A DNA stretch of 64,000 nucleotides. It comes from Eledone cirrhosa. Its lineage: Eukaryota. The translations under genes were made by a program, and so were the position numbers. A model generated the notes under the pieces. The model made no database searches and was not told the origin of the DNA. It worked only from the letters and a program-made list of their open reading frames with translations. The DNA is taken from assembly GCA_964016885.1 (NCBI GenBank), contig OZ024752.1:29636001-29700000 (forward strand), written 5' to 3'. Shown piece by piece: positions 24,001 through 36,000 of the stretch; positions within the stretch are counted from its first letter, which is position 1, and each line of letters opens with the position of its first letter.

Positions 24001-27000
24001 GCTTGGAGAGGGGGAGGGGTTCTTTTCTGAAGACTTTGTGCTGTCCAGCTCTCCCAGTCCAAAAGACTTGCTTGGGGAGGGGGAGGGGTTCTTTTCTGAA
24101 GACTTTGTGCTGTCCAGCTCTCCCAGTCCAAAAGACTTGCTTGGGGAGGGGGAGGGGTTCTTTTCTGAAGACTTTGTGCTGTCCAGCTCTCCCAGTCCAA
24201 AAGACTTGCTTGGGGAGGGGGAGGGGTTCTTTTCTGAAGACTTTGTGCTGTCCAGCTCTCCCAGTCCAAAACACTTGCTTGGGGAGGGGGAGGGGTTCTT
24301 TTCTGAAGACTTTGTGCTGTCCAGCTCTCCCAGTCCAAAACACTTGCTTGGGGAGGGGGAGGGGTTCTTTTCTGAAGACTTTGTGCTGTCCAGCTCTCCC
24401 AGGCCAAAACACTTGCTTGGGGAGGGGGAGGGGTTCTTTTCTGAAGACCTTCTGCTGTCCAGCTCTCCCAGTCCAAAAGACTTGCTTGGGGAGGGGGAGG
24501 GGTTCTTTTCTGAAGACTTTGTGCTGTCCAGCTCTCCCAGTCCAAAACACTTGCTTGGGGAGGGGGAGGGGTTCTTTTCTGAAGACTTTGTGCTGTCCAG
24601 CTCTCCCAGTCCAAAAGACTTGCTTGGGGAGGGGGAGGGGTTCTTTTCTGAAGACTTTGTGCTGTCCAGCTCTCCCAGTCCAAAAGACCTGCTTGGGGAG
24701 GGGGAGGGGTTCTTTTCTGAAGACTTTGTGCTGTCCAGCTCTCCCAGTCCAAAAGACTTGCTTGGGGAGGGGGAGGGGTTCTTTTCTGAAGACTTTGTGC
24801 TGTCCAGCTCTCCCAGTCCAAAACACTTGCTTGGGGAGGGGGAGGGGTTCTTTTCTGAAGACTTTGTGCTGTCCAGCTCTCCCAGTCCAAAACACTTGCT
24901 TGGGGAGGGGGAGGGGTTCTTTTCTGAAGACTTTGTGCTGTCCAGCTCTCCCAGGCCAAAACACTTGCTTGGGGAGGGGGAGGGGTTCTTTTCTGAAGAC
25001 TTTCTGCTGTCCAGCTCTCCCAGTCCAAAACACTTGCTTGGGGAGGGGGAGGGGTTCTTTTCTGAAGACCTTCTGCTGTCCAGCTCTCCCAGTCCAAAAG
25101 ACTTGCTTGGGGAGGGGGAGGGGTTCTTTTCTGAAGACCTTCTGCTGTCCAGCTCTCCCAGTCCAAAAGACTTGCTTGGGGAGGGGGAGGGGTTCTTTTC
25201 TGAAGACTTTCTGCTGTCCAGCTCTCCCAGTCCAAAACACTTGCTTGGGGAGGGGGAGGGGTTCTTTTCTGAAGACTTTCTGCTGTCCAGCTCACCCAGT
25301 CCAAAACACTTGCTTGGGGAGGGGGAGGGGTTCTTTTCTGAAGACTTTCTGCTGTCCAGCTCTGCCAGTCCAAAACACTTGCTTGGGGAGGGGGAGGGGT
25401 TCTTTTCTGAAGACTTTCTGCTGTCCAGCTCTCCCAGTCCAAAACACTTGCTTGGGGAGGGGGAGGGGTTCTTTTCTGAAGACTTTCTGCTGTCCAGCTC
25501 TCCCAGGCCAAAACACTTGCTTGGGGAGGGGGAGGGGTTCTTTTCTGAAGACTTTCTGCTGTCCAGCTCTCCCAGTCCAAAAGACTTGCTTGGGGAGGGG
25601 GAGGGGTTCTTTTCTGAAGACTTTCTGCTGTCCAGCTCTCCCAGTCCAAAAGACTTGCTTGGGGAGGGGGAGGGGTTCTTTTCTGAAGACTTTCTGCTGT
25701 CCAGCTCTCCCAGTCCAAAAGACTTGCTTGGGGAGGGGGAGGGGTTCTTTTCTGAAGACTTTGTGCTGTCCAGCTCTCCCAGTCCAAAACACTTGCTTGG
25801 GGAGGGGGAGGGGTTCCTTTCTGAAGACTTTGTGCTGTCCAGCTCTCCCAGTCCAAAAGACTTGCTTGGGGAGGGGGAGGGGTTCTTTTCTGAAGACTTT
25901 GTGCTGTCCAGCTCTCCCAGTCCAAAAGACTTGCTTGGGGAGGGGGAGGGGTTCTTTTCTGAAGACTTTGTGCTGTCCAGCTCTCCCAGTCCAAAACACT
26001 TGCTTGGGGAGGGGGGAGGGGTTCTTTTCTGAAGACTTTGTGCTGTCCAGCTCTCCCAGGCCAAAACACTTGCTTGGGGAGGGGGAGGGGTTCTTTTCTG
26101 AAGACTTTCTGCTGTCCAGCTCTCCCAGTCCAAAAGACTTGCTTGGGGAGGGGGAGGGGTTCTTTTCTGAAGACTTTCTGCTGTCCAGCTCTCCCAGTCC
26201 AAAAGACTTGCTTGGGGAGGGGGAGGGGTTCTTTTCTGAAGACTTTCTGCTGTCCAGCTCTCCCAGTCCAAAACACTTGCTTGGGGAGGGGGAGGGGTTC
26301 TTTTCTGAAGACTTTCTGCTGTCCAGCTCTCCCAGTCCAAAACACTTGCTTGGGGAGGGGGAGGGGTTCTTTTCTGAAGACTTTCTGCTGTCCAGCTCTG
26401 CCAGTCCAAAACACTTGCTTGGGGAGGGGGAGGGGTTCTTTTCTGAAGACTTTCTGCTGTCCAGCTCTCCCAGTCCAAAACACTTGCTTGGGGAGGGGGA
26501 GGGGTTCTTTTCTGAAGACTTTCTGCTGTCCAGCTCTCCCAGTCCAAAAGACTTGCTTGGGGAGGGGGAGGGGTTCTTTTCTGAAGACCTTCTGCTGTCC
26601 AGCTCTCCCAGTCCAAAACACTTGCTTGGGGAGGGGGAGGGATTCTTTTCTGAAGACTTTCTGCTGTCCTGCTCTCCCAGTCCAAAACACTTGCTTGGGG
26701 AGGGGGAGGGGTTCTTTTCTGAAGACCTTCTGCTGTCCAGCTCTCCCAGTCCAAAACACTTGCTTGAGGAGGGGGAGGGATTCTTTTCTGAAGACCTTCT
26801 GCTGTCCAGCTCTCCCAGTCCAAAACACTTGCTTGGGGAGGGGGAGGGATTCTTTTCTGAAGACCTTCTGCTGTCCAGCTCTCCCAGTCCAAAACACTTG
26901 CTTGGGGAGGGGGAGGGGTTCTTTTCTGAAGACTTTCTGCTGTCCTGCTCTCCCAGTCCAAAACACTTGCTTGGGGAGGGGGAGGGATTCTTTCCTGAAG

Positions 27001-30000
27001 GCCTTCTGCTGTCCTGCTCTCCCAGTCCAAAACACTTGCTTGGGGAGGGGGAGGGATTCTTTTCTGAAGACCTTCTGCTGTCCAGCTCTCCCAGTCCAAA
27101 ACACTTGCTTGGGGAGGGGGAGGGGTTCTTTTCTGAAGACTTTGTGCTGTCCAGCTCTCCCAGTCCAAAACACTTGCTTGGGGAGGGGGAGGGGTTCTTT
27201 TCTGAAGACCTTCTGCTGTCCAGCTCTCCCAGGCCAAAAAACTTGCTTGGGGAGGGGGAGGGGTTCTTTTCTGAAGACTTTCTGCTGTCCAGCTCTCCCA
27301 GTCCAAAAGACTTGCTTGGGGAGGGGGAGGGGTTCTTTTCTGAAGACTTTCTGCTGTCCAGCTCTCCCAGTCCAAAAGACTTGCTTGGGGAGGGGGAGGG
27401 GTTCTTTTCTGAAGACTTTCTGCTGTCCAGCTCTCCCAGGCCAAAACACTTGCTTGGGGAGGGGGAGGGGTTCTTTTCTGAAGACCTTCTGCTGTCCAGC
27501 TCTCCCAGTCCAAAAGACTTGCTTGGGGAGGGGGAGGGGTTCTTTTCTGAAGACCTTCTGCTGTCCAGCTCTCCCAGTCCAAAAGACTTGCTTGGGGAGG
27601 GGGAGGGGTTCTTTTCTGAAGACTTTCTGCTGTCCAGCTCTCCCAGTCCAAAACACTTGCTTGGGGAGGGGGAGGGGTTCTTTTCTGAAGACTTTCTGCT
27701 GTCCAGCTCTCCCAGGCCAAAACACTTGCTTGGGGAGGGGGAGGGGTTCTTTTCTGAAGACCTTCTGCTGTCCAGCTCTCCCAGTCCAAAAGACTTGCTT
27801 GGGGAGGGGGAGGGGTTCTTTTCTGAAGACTTTCTGCTGTCCAGCTCTCCCAGTCCAAAACACTTGCTTGGGGAGGGGGAGGGGTTCTTTTCTGAAGACC
27901 TTCTGCTGTCCAGCTCTCCCAGTCCAAAAGACTTGCTTGGGGAGGGGGAGGGGTTCTTTTCTGAAGACTTTCTGCTGTCCAGCTCTCCCAGTCCAAAAGA
28001 CTTGCTTGGGGAGGGGGAGGGGTTCTTTTCTGAAGACTTTGTGCTGTCCAGCTCTCCCAGTCGAAAACACTTGCTTGGGGAGGGGGAGGGGTTCTTTTCT
28101 GAAGACTTTGTGCTGTCCAGCTCTCCCAGTCCAAAACACTTGCTTGGGGAGGGGGAGGGGTTCTTTTCTGAAGACTTTCTGCTGTCCAGCTCTCCCAGTC
28201 CAAAACACTTGCTTGGGGAGGGGGAGGGGTTCTTTTCTGAAGACTTTGTGCTGTCCAGCTCTCCAAGTCCAAAACACTTGCTTGGGGAGGGGGAGGGGTT
28301 CTTTTCTGAAGACCTTCTGCTGTCCAGCTCTCCCAGTCCAAAACACTTGCTTGGGGAGGGGGAGGGGTTCTTTTCTGAAGACCTTCTGCTGTCCAGCTCT
28401 CCCAGTCCAAAACACTTGCTTGGGGAGGGGGAGGGGTTCTTTTCTGAAGACCTTCTGCTGTCCAGCTCTCCCAGTCCAAAACACTTGCTTGGGGAGGGGG
28501 AGGGGTTCTTTTCTGAAGACTTTGTGCTGTCCAGCTCTCCCAGTCCAAAACACTTGCTTGGGGAGGGGGAGGGGTTCTTTTCTGAAGACCTTCTGCTGTC
28601 CAGCTCTCCCAGTCCAAAACACTTGCTTGGGGAGGGGGAGGGGTTCTTTTCTGAAGACCTTCTGCTGTCCAGCTCTCCCAGTCCAAAACACTTGCTTGGG
28701 GAGGGGGAGGGGTTCTTTTCTGAAGACCTTCTGCTGTCCAGCTCTCGCAGTCCAAAACACTTGCTTGGGGAGGGGGAGGGGTTCTTTTCTGAAGACCTTC
28801 TGCTGTCCAGCTCTCCCAGTCCAAAACACTTGCTTGGGGAGGGGGAGGGGTTCTTTTCTGAAGACCTTCTGCTGTCCAGCTCTCCCAGTCCAAAACACTT
28901 GCTTGGGGAGGGGGAGGGGTTCTTTTCTGAAGACCTTCTGCTGTCCAGCTCTCGCAGTCCAAAACACTTGCTTGGGGAGGGGGAGGGGTTCTTTTCTGAA
29001 GACCTTCTGCTGTCCAGCTCTCCCAGTCCAAAACACTTGCTTGGGGAGGGGGAGGGGTTCTTTTCTGAAGACCTTCTGCTGTCCAGCTCTCCCAGTCCAA
29101 AACACTTGCTTGGGGAGGGGGAGGGGTTCTTTTCTGAAGACCTTCTGCTGTCCAGCTCTCCCAGTCCAAAACACTTGCTTGGGGAGGGGGAGGGGTTCTT
29201 TTCTGAAGACCTTCTGCTGTCCAGCTCTCGCAGTCCAAAACACTTGCTTGGGGAGGGGGAGGGGTTCTTTTCTGAAGACCTTCTGCTGTCCAGCTCTCCC
29301 AGTCCAAAACACTTGCTTGGGGAGGGGGAGGGGTTCTTTTCTGAAGACTTTCTGCTGTCCAGCTCTCCAGTCCAAAACACTTGCTTGGGGAGGGGGAGGG
29401 GTTCTTTTCTGAAGACTTTCTGCTGTCCAGCTCTCGCAGTCCAAAACACTTGCTTGGGGAGGGGGAGGGGTTCTTTTCTGAAGACCTTCTGCTGTCCAGC
29501 TCTCCCAGTCCAAAACAATTGCTTGGGGAGGGGGAGGGGTTCTTTTCTGAAGACTTTCTGCTGTCCAGCTCTCCCAGTCCAAAACACTTGCTTGGGGAGG
29601 GGGAGGGGTTCTTTTCTGAAGACCTTCTGCTGTCCAGCTCTCCCAGTCCAAAACACTTGCTTGGGGAGGGGGAGGGGTTCTTTTCTGAAGACTTTCTGCT
29701 GTCCAGCTCTCCCAGTCCAAAACACTTGCTTGGGGAGGGGGAGGGGTTCTTTTCTGAAGACCTTCTGCTGTCCAGCTCTCCCAGTCCAAAACACTTGCTT
29801 GGGGAGGGGGAGGGGTTCTTTTCTGAAGACCTTCTGCTGTCCAGCTCTCGCAGTCCAAAACACTTGCTTGGGGAGGGGGAGGGGTTCTTTTCTGAAGACC
29901 TTCTGCTGTCCAGCTCTCGCAGTCCAAAACACTTGCTTGGGGAGGGGGAGGGATTCTTTTCTGAAGACCTTCTGCTGTCCAGCTCTCCCAGTCCAAAACA

Positions 30001-33000
30001 CTTGCTTGGGGAGGGGGAGGGGTTCTTTTCTGAAGACTTTCTGCTGTCCAGCTCTCCCAGTCCAAAACACTTGCTTGGGGAGGGGGAGGGGTTCTTTTCT
30101 GAAGACCTTCTGCTGTCCAGCTCTCCCAGTCCAAAACACTTGCTTGGGGAGGGGGAGGGGTTCTTTTCTGAAGACCTTCTGCTGTCCAGCTCTCCCAGTC
30201 CAAAACACTTGCTTGGGGAGGGGGAGGGGTTCTTTTCTGAAGACCTTCTGCTGTCCAGCTCTCGCAGTCCAAAACACTTGCTTGGGGAGGGGGAGGGGTT
30301 CTTTTCTGAAGACCTTCTGCTGTCCATCTCTCCCAGTCCAAAACACTTGCTTGGGGAGGGGGAGGGGTTCTTTTCTGAAGACTTTCTGCTGTCCAGCTCT
30401 CCCAGTCCAAAACACTTGCTTGGGGAGGGGGAGGGGTTCTTTTCTGAAGACCTTCTGCTGTCCAGCTCTCCCAGTCCAAAACACTTGCTTGGGGAGGGGG
30501 AGGGGTTCTTTTCTGAAGACCTTCTGCTGTCCAGCTCTCGCAGTCCAAAACACTTGCTTGGGGAGGGGGAGGGGTTCTTTTCTGAAGACCTTCTGCTGTC
30601 CAGCCCTCCCAGTCCAAAACACTTGCTTGGGGAGGGGGAGGGGTTCTTTTCTGAAGACCTTCTGCTGTCCAGCTCTCCCAGTCCAAAACACTTGCTTGGG
30701 GAGGGGGAGGGGTTCTTTTCTGAAGACCTTCTGCTGTCCAGCCCTCCCAGTCCAAAACACTTGCTTGGGGAGGGGGAGGGGTTCTTTTCTGAAGACTTTC
30801 TGCTGTCCAGCTCTCCCAGTCCAAAACACTTGCTTGGGGAGGGGGAGGGGTTCTTTTCTGAAGACCTTCTGCTGTCCAGCCCTCCCAGTCCAAAACACTT
30901 GCTTGGGGAGGGGGAGGGGTTCTTTTCTGAAGACCTTCTGCTGTCCAGCCCTTCCAGTCCAAAACACTTGCTTGGGGAGGGGGAGGGGTTCTTTTCTGAA
31001 GACTTTCTGTTGTCCAGCTCTCGCAGTCCAAAACACTTGCTTGGGGAGGGGGAGGGGTTCTTTTCTGAAGACCTTCTGCTGTCCAGCCCTCCCAGTCCAA
31101 AACACTTGCTTGGGGAGGGGGAGGGGTTCTTTTCTGAAGACCTTCTGCTGTCCAGCCCTCCCAGTCCAAAACACTTGCTTGGGGAGGGGGAGGGGTTCTT
31201 TTCTGAAGACCTTCTGCTGTCCAGCCCTCCCAGTCCAAAACACTTGCTTGGGGAGGGGGAGGGGTTCTTTTCTGAAGACTTTCTGCTGTCCAGCTCTCCC
31301 AGTCCAAAACACTTGCTTGGGGAGGGGGAGGGGTTCTTTTCTGAAGACCTTCTGCTGTCCAGCCCTCCCAGTCCAAAACACTTGCTTGGGGAGGGGGAGG
31401 GGTTCTTTTCTGAAGACCTTCTGCTGTCCAGCCCTCCCAGTCCAAAACACTTGCTTGGGGAGGGGGAGGGGTTCTTTTCTGAAGACTTTCTGTTGTCCAG
31501 CTCTCGCAGTCCAAAACACTTGCTTGGGGAGGGGGAGGGGTTCTTTTCTGAAGACCTTCTGCTGTCCAGCCCTCCCAGTCCAAAACACTTGCTTGGGGAG
31601 GGGGAGGGGTTCTTTTCTGAAGACTTTCTGCTGTCCAGCTCTCCCAGTCCAAAAGACTTGCTTGGGGAGGGGGAGGGGTTCTTTTCTGAAAACCTTCTGC
31701 TGTCCAGCTCTCCCAGGCCAAAAAACTTGCTTGGGGAGGGGGAGGGATTCTTTTCTGAAGACTTTCTGCTGTCCAGCTCTCCCAGTCCAAAACACTTGCT
31801 TGGGGAGGGGGAGGGGTTCTTTTCTGAAGACTTTCTGCAGTCCAGCTCTCCCAGTCCAAAACACTTGCTTGGGGAGGGGGAGGTGTTCTTTTCTGAAGAC
31901 TTTCTGCTCTCCAGCTCTCCCAGTCCAAAACACTTGCTTGGGGAGGGGGAGGGATTATTTTCTGAAGACCTTCTGCTGTCCAGCTCCGCCAGTCCAAAAC
32001 ACTTGCTTGGGGAGGGGGAGGGATTCTTTTCTGAAGACCTTCTGCTGTCCAGCTCTCCCAGTCCAAAACACTTGCTTGGGGAGGGGGAGGGATTCTTTTC
32101 TGAATACTTTGTGCTGTCCAGCTCTCCCAGTCCAAAACACTTGCTTGGGGAGGGGGAGGGATTCTTTTCTGAATACTTTGTGCTGTCCAGCTCTCCCAGT
32201 CCAAAACACTTGCTTGGGGAGGGGGAGGGATTCTTTTCTGAATACTTTGTGCTGTCCAGCTCTCCCAGTCCAAAACACTTGCTTGGGGAGGGGGAGGGGT
32301 TCTTTTCTGAAGACTTTCTGCTGTCCAGCTCTCCCAGTCCAAAACACTTGCTTGGGGAGGGGGAGGGATTCTTTTCTGAATACTTTGTGCTGTCCAGCTC
32401 TCCCAGTCCAAAACACTTGCTTGGGGAGGGGGAGGGATTCTTTTCTGAAGACCTTCTGCTGTCCAGCTCTCCCAGTCCAAAACACTTGCTTGGGGAGGGG
32501 GAGGGATTCTTTTCTGAATACTTTGTGCTGTCCAGCTCTCCCAGTCCAAAACACTTGCTTGGGGAGGGGGAGGGGTTCTTTTCTGAAGACTTTCTGCTGT
32601 CCAGCTCTCCCAGGCCAAAACACTTGCTTGGGGAGGGGTAGGGGTTCTTTTCTGAAGACTTTCTGCTGTCCAGCTCTCCCAGTCCAAAACACTTGCTTGG
32701 GGAGGGGGAGGGATTCTTTTCTGAAGACTTTCTGCTGTCCAGCTCTCCCAGTCCAAAACACTTGCTTGGGGAGGGGGAGGGATTCTTTTCTGAAGACTTT
32801 CTGCTGTCCAGCTCTCCCAGTCCAAAACACTTGCTTGGGGAGGGGGAGGGGTTCTTTTCTGAAGACTTTCTGCTGTCCAGCTCTCCCAGTCCAAAACACT
32901 TGCTTGGGGAGGGGGAGGGGTTCTTTTCTGAAGACCTTCTGCTGTCCAGCTCTCCCAGTCCAAAACACTTGCTTGGGGAGGGGGAGGGATTTTTTTCTGA

Positions 33001-36000
33001 AGACCTTCTGCAGTCTAGCTCTCCCAGTCCAAAACACTTGCTTGGGGAGGGGGAGGTGTTCTTTTCTGAAGACTTTCTGCTGTCCAGCTCTCCCAGTCCA
33101 AAACACTTGCTTGGGGAGGGGGAGGGATTCTTTTCTGAAGACTTTCTGCTGTCCAGCTCTCCCAGTCCAAAACACTTGCTTGGGGAGGGGGAGGGATTCT
33201 TTTCTGAAGACCTTCTGCTGTCCAGCTCTCCCAGTCCAAAACACTTGCTTGGGGAGGGGGAGGGATTCTTTTCTGAATACTTTGTGCTGTCCAGCTCTCC
33301 CAGTCCAAAACACTTGCTTGGGGAGGGGGAGGGGTTCTTTTCTGAAGACTTTCTGCTGTCCTGCTCTCCCAGTCCAAAACACTTGCTTGGGGAGGGGGAG
33401 GGGTTCTTTTCTGAAGACCTTCTGCTGTCCAGCTCTCCCAGTCCAAAACACTTGCTTGGGGAGGGGGAGGGATTCTTTTCTGAAGACTTTCTGCTGTCCT
33501 GCTCTCCCAGTCCAAAACACTTGCTTGGGGAGGGGGAGGGGTTCTTTTCTGAAGACCTTCTGCTGTCCAGCTCTCCCAGTCCAAAACACTTGCTTGGGGA
33601 GGGGGAGGGATTCTTTTCTGAAGACTTTCTGCTGTCCTGCTCTCCCAGTCCAAAACACTTGCTTGGGGAGGGGGAGGGGTTCTTTTCTGAAGACCTTCTG
33701 CTGTCCAGCTCTCCCAGTCCAAAACACTTGCTTGGGGAGGGGGAGGGATTCTTTTCTGAAGACTTTCTGCTGTCCTGCTCTCCCAGTCCAAAACACTTGC
33801 TTGGGGAGGGGGAGGGGTTCTTTTCTGAAGACCTTCTGCTGTCCAGCTCTCCCAGTCCAAAACACTTGCTTGGGGAGGGGGAGGGATTCTTTTCTGAAGA
33901 CTTTCTGCTGTCCTGCTCTCCCAGTCCAAAACACTTGCTTGGGGAGGGGGAGGGGTTCTTTTCTGAAGACCTTCTTCTGTCCAGCTCTCCCAGTCCAAAA
34001 CACTTGCTTGAGGAGGGGGAGGGATTCTTTTCTGAAGACCTTCTGCTGTCCAGCTCTCCCAGTCCAAAACACTTGCTTGGGGAGGGGGAGGGATTCTTTT
34101 CTGAAGACCTTCTGCTGTCCAGCTCTCCCAGTCCAAAACACTTGCTTGGGGAGGGGGAGGGGTTCTTTTCTGAAGACTTTCTGCTGTCCTGCTCTCCCAG
34201 TCCAAAACACTTGCTTGGGGAGGGGGAGGGATTCTTTCCTGAAGGCCTTCTGCTGTCCTGCTCTCCCAGTCCAAAACACTTGCTTGGGGAGGGGGAGGGA
34301 TTCTTTTCTGAAGACCTTCTGCTGTCCAGCTCTCCCAGTCCAAAACACTTGCTTGGGGAGGGGGAGGGGTTCTTTTCTGAAGACTTTGTGCTGTCCAGCT
34401 CTCCCAGTCCAAAACACTTGCTTGGGGAGGGGGAGGGGTTCTTTTCTGAAGACCTTCTGCTGTCCAGCTCTCCCAGGCCAAAAAACTTGCTTGGGGAGGG
34501 GGAGGGGTTCTTTTCTGAAGACTTTCTGCTGTCCAGCTCTCCCAGTCCAAAACACTTGCTTGGGGAGGGGGAGGGGTTCTTTTCTGAAGACTTTCTGCTG
34601 TCCAGCTCTCCCAGGCCAAAACACTTGCTTGGGGAGGGGGAGGGGTTCTTTTCTGAAGACCTTCTGCTGTCCATCTCTCCCAGTCCAAAACACTTGCTTG
34701 GGGAGGGGGAGGTGTTCTATTCTGAAGACTTTCTGCTGTCCAGCTCTCCCAGGCCAAAACACTTGCTAGGGGAGGGGGAGGGGTTCTTTTCTGAAGACCT
34801 TCTGCTGTCCAGCTCTCCCAGTCCAAAACACTTGCTTGGGGAGGGGGAGGGGTTCTTTTCTGAAGACTTTCTGCTGTCCAGCTCTCGCAGTTCAAAACAC
34901 TTGCTTGGGGAGGGGGAGGGGTTCTTTTCTAAAGACCTTCTGCTGTCCAGCATCTCCCAGGCCAAAACACTTGCTTGGGGAGGGGGAGGGGTTCTTTTCT
35001 GAAGACCTTCTGCTGTCCAGGTCTCCCAGGCCAAAACACTTGCTTGGGGAGGGGGATGGATTCTTTTCTGAAGACCTTCTCCTGTCCAGCTCTCCCAGTC
35101 CAAAACACTTGCCTTGGGGAGGGGGAGGGGTCATTTTCTGAAGACTTTCTGCTGACCAGCTCTCCCAGTCCAAAACACTTGCTTGGGGAGGGGGAGGGAT
35201 TCTTTTCTGAAGACTTTCTGCTGTCCAGCTCTCCCTGTCCAAAACACTTGCTTGGGGAGGGGGAGGAGTTCTTTTCTGAAGACTTTCTGCTGTCCAGCTC
35301 TCCCAGTCCAAAACACTTGCTTGGGGAGGGGGAGGTGTTCTTTTCTGACGACTTTCTGCTGTCCAGCTCTCCCAGTCCAAAATACTTGCTTGGGGAGGGG
35401 GAGGTATTCTTTTCTGAAGACCTTCTGCTGTCCAGCTCTCCCAGTCCAAAACACTTGGTTGGGGAGGGGGAGGGATTCTTTTCTGAAGACCTTCTGCTGT
35501 CCAGCTCTCCCAGGCCAAAACACTTGCTTGGGGAGGGGGAGGGGTTCTTTTCTGAAGACTTTCTGCTGTCCAGCTCTCCCAGTCCAAAACACTTGCTTGG
35601 GGAGGGGGAGGGGTTCTTTTCTGAAGACTTTGTGCTGTCCAGCTCTCCCAGTCCAAAAGACTTGCTTGGGGAGGGGGAGGGAATCTTTTCTGAAGACTTT
35701 CTGCACTCCAGCTCTCCCAGTCCAAAACACTTGCTTGGGGACGGGGAGGGGTTCTTTTCTGAAGACTTTCTGCTGTCCTGCTCTCCCAGTCTAAAACACT
35801 TGCTTGGGGAGGGGGAGGGATTCTTTTCTGAAGACCTTCTGCTGTCCTGCTCTCCCAGTCCAAAACACTTGCTTGGGGAGGGGGAGGGATTCTTTACTGA
35901 AGACTTTCTGCTGTCCTGCTCTCCCAGTCCAAAACACTTGCTTGGGGAGGGGGAGGGATTCTTTTCTGAAGACTTTCTGCTGTCCTGCTCTCCCAGTCCA

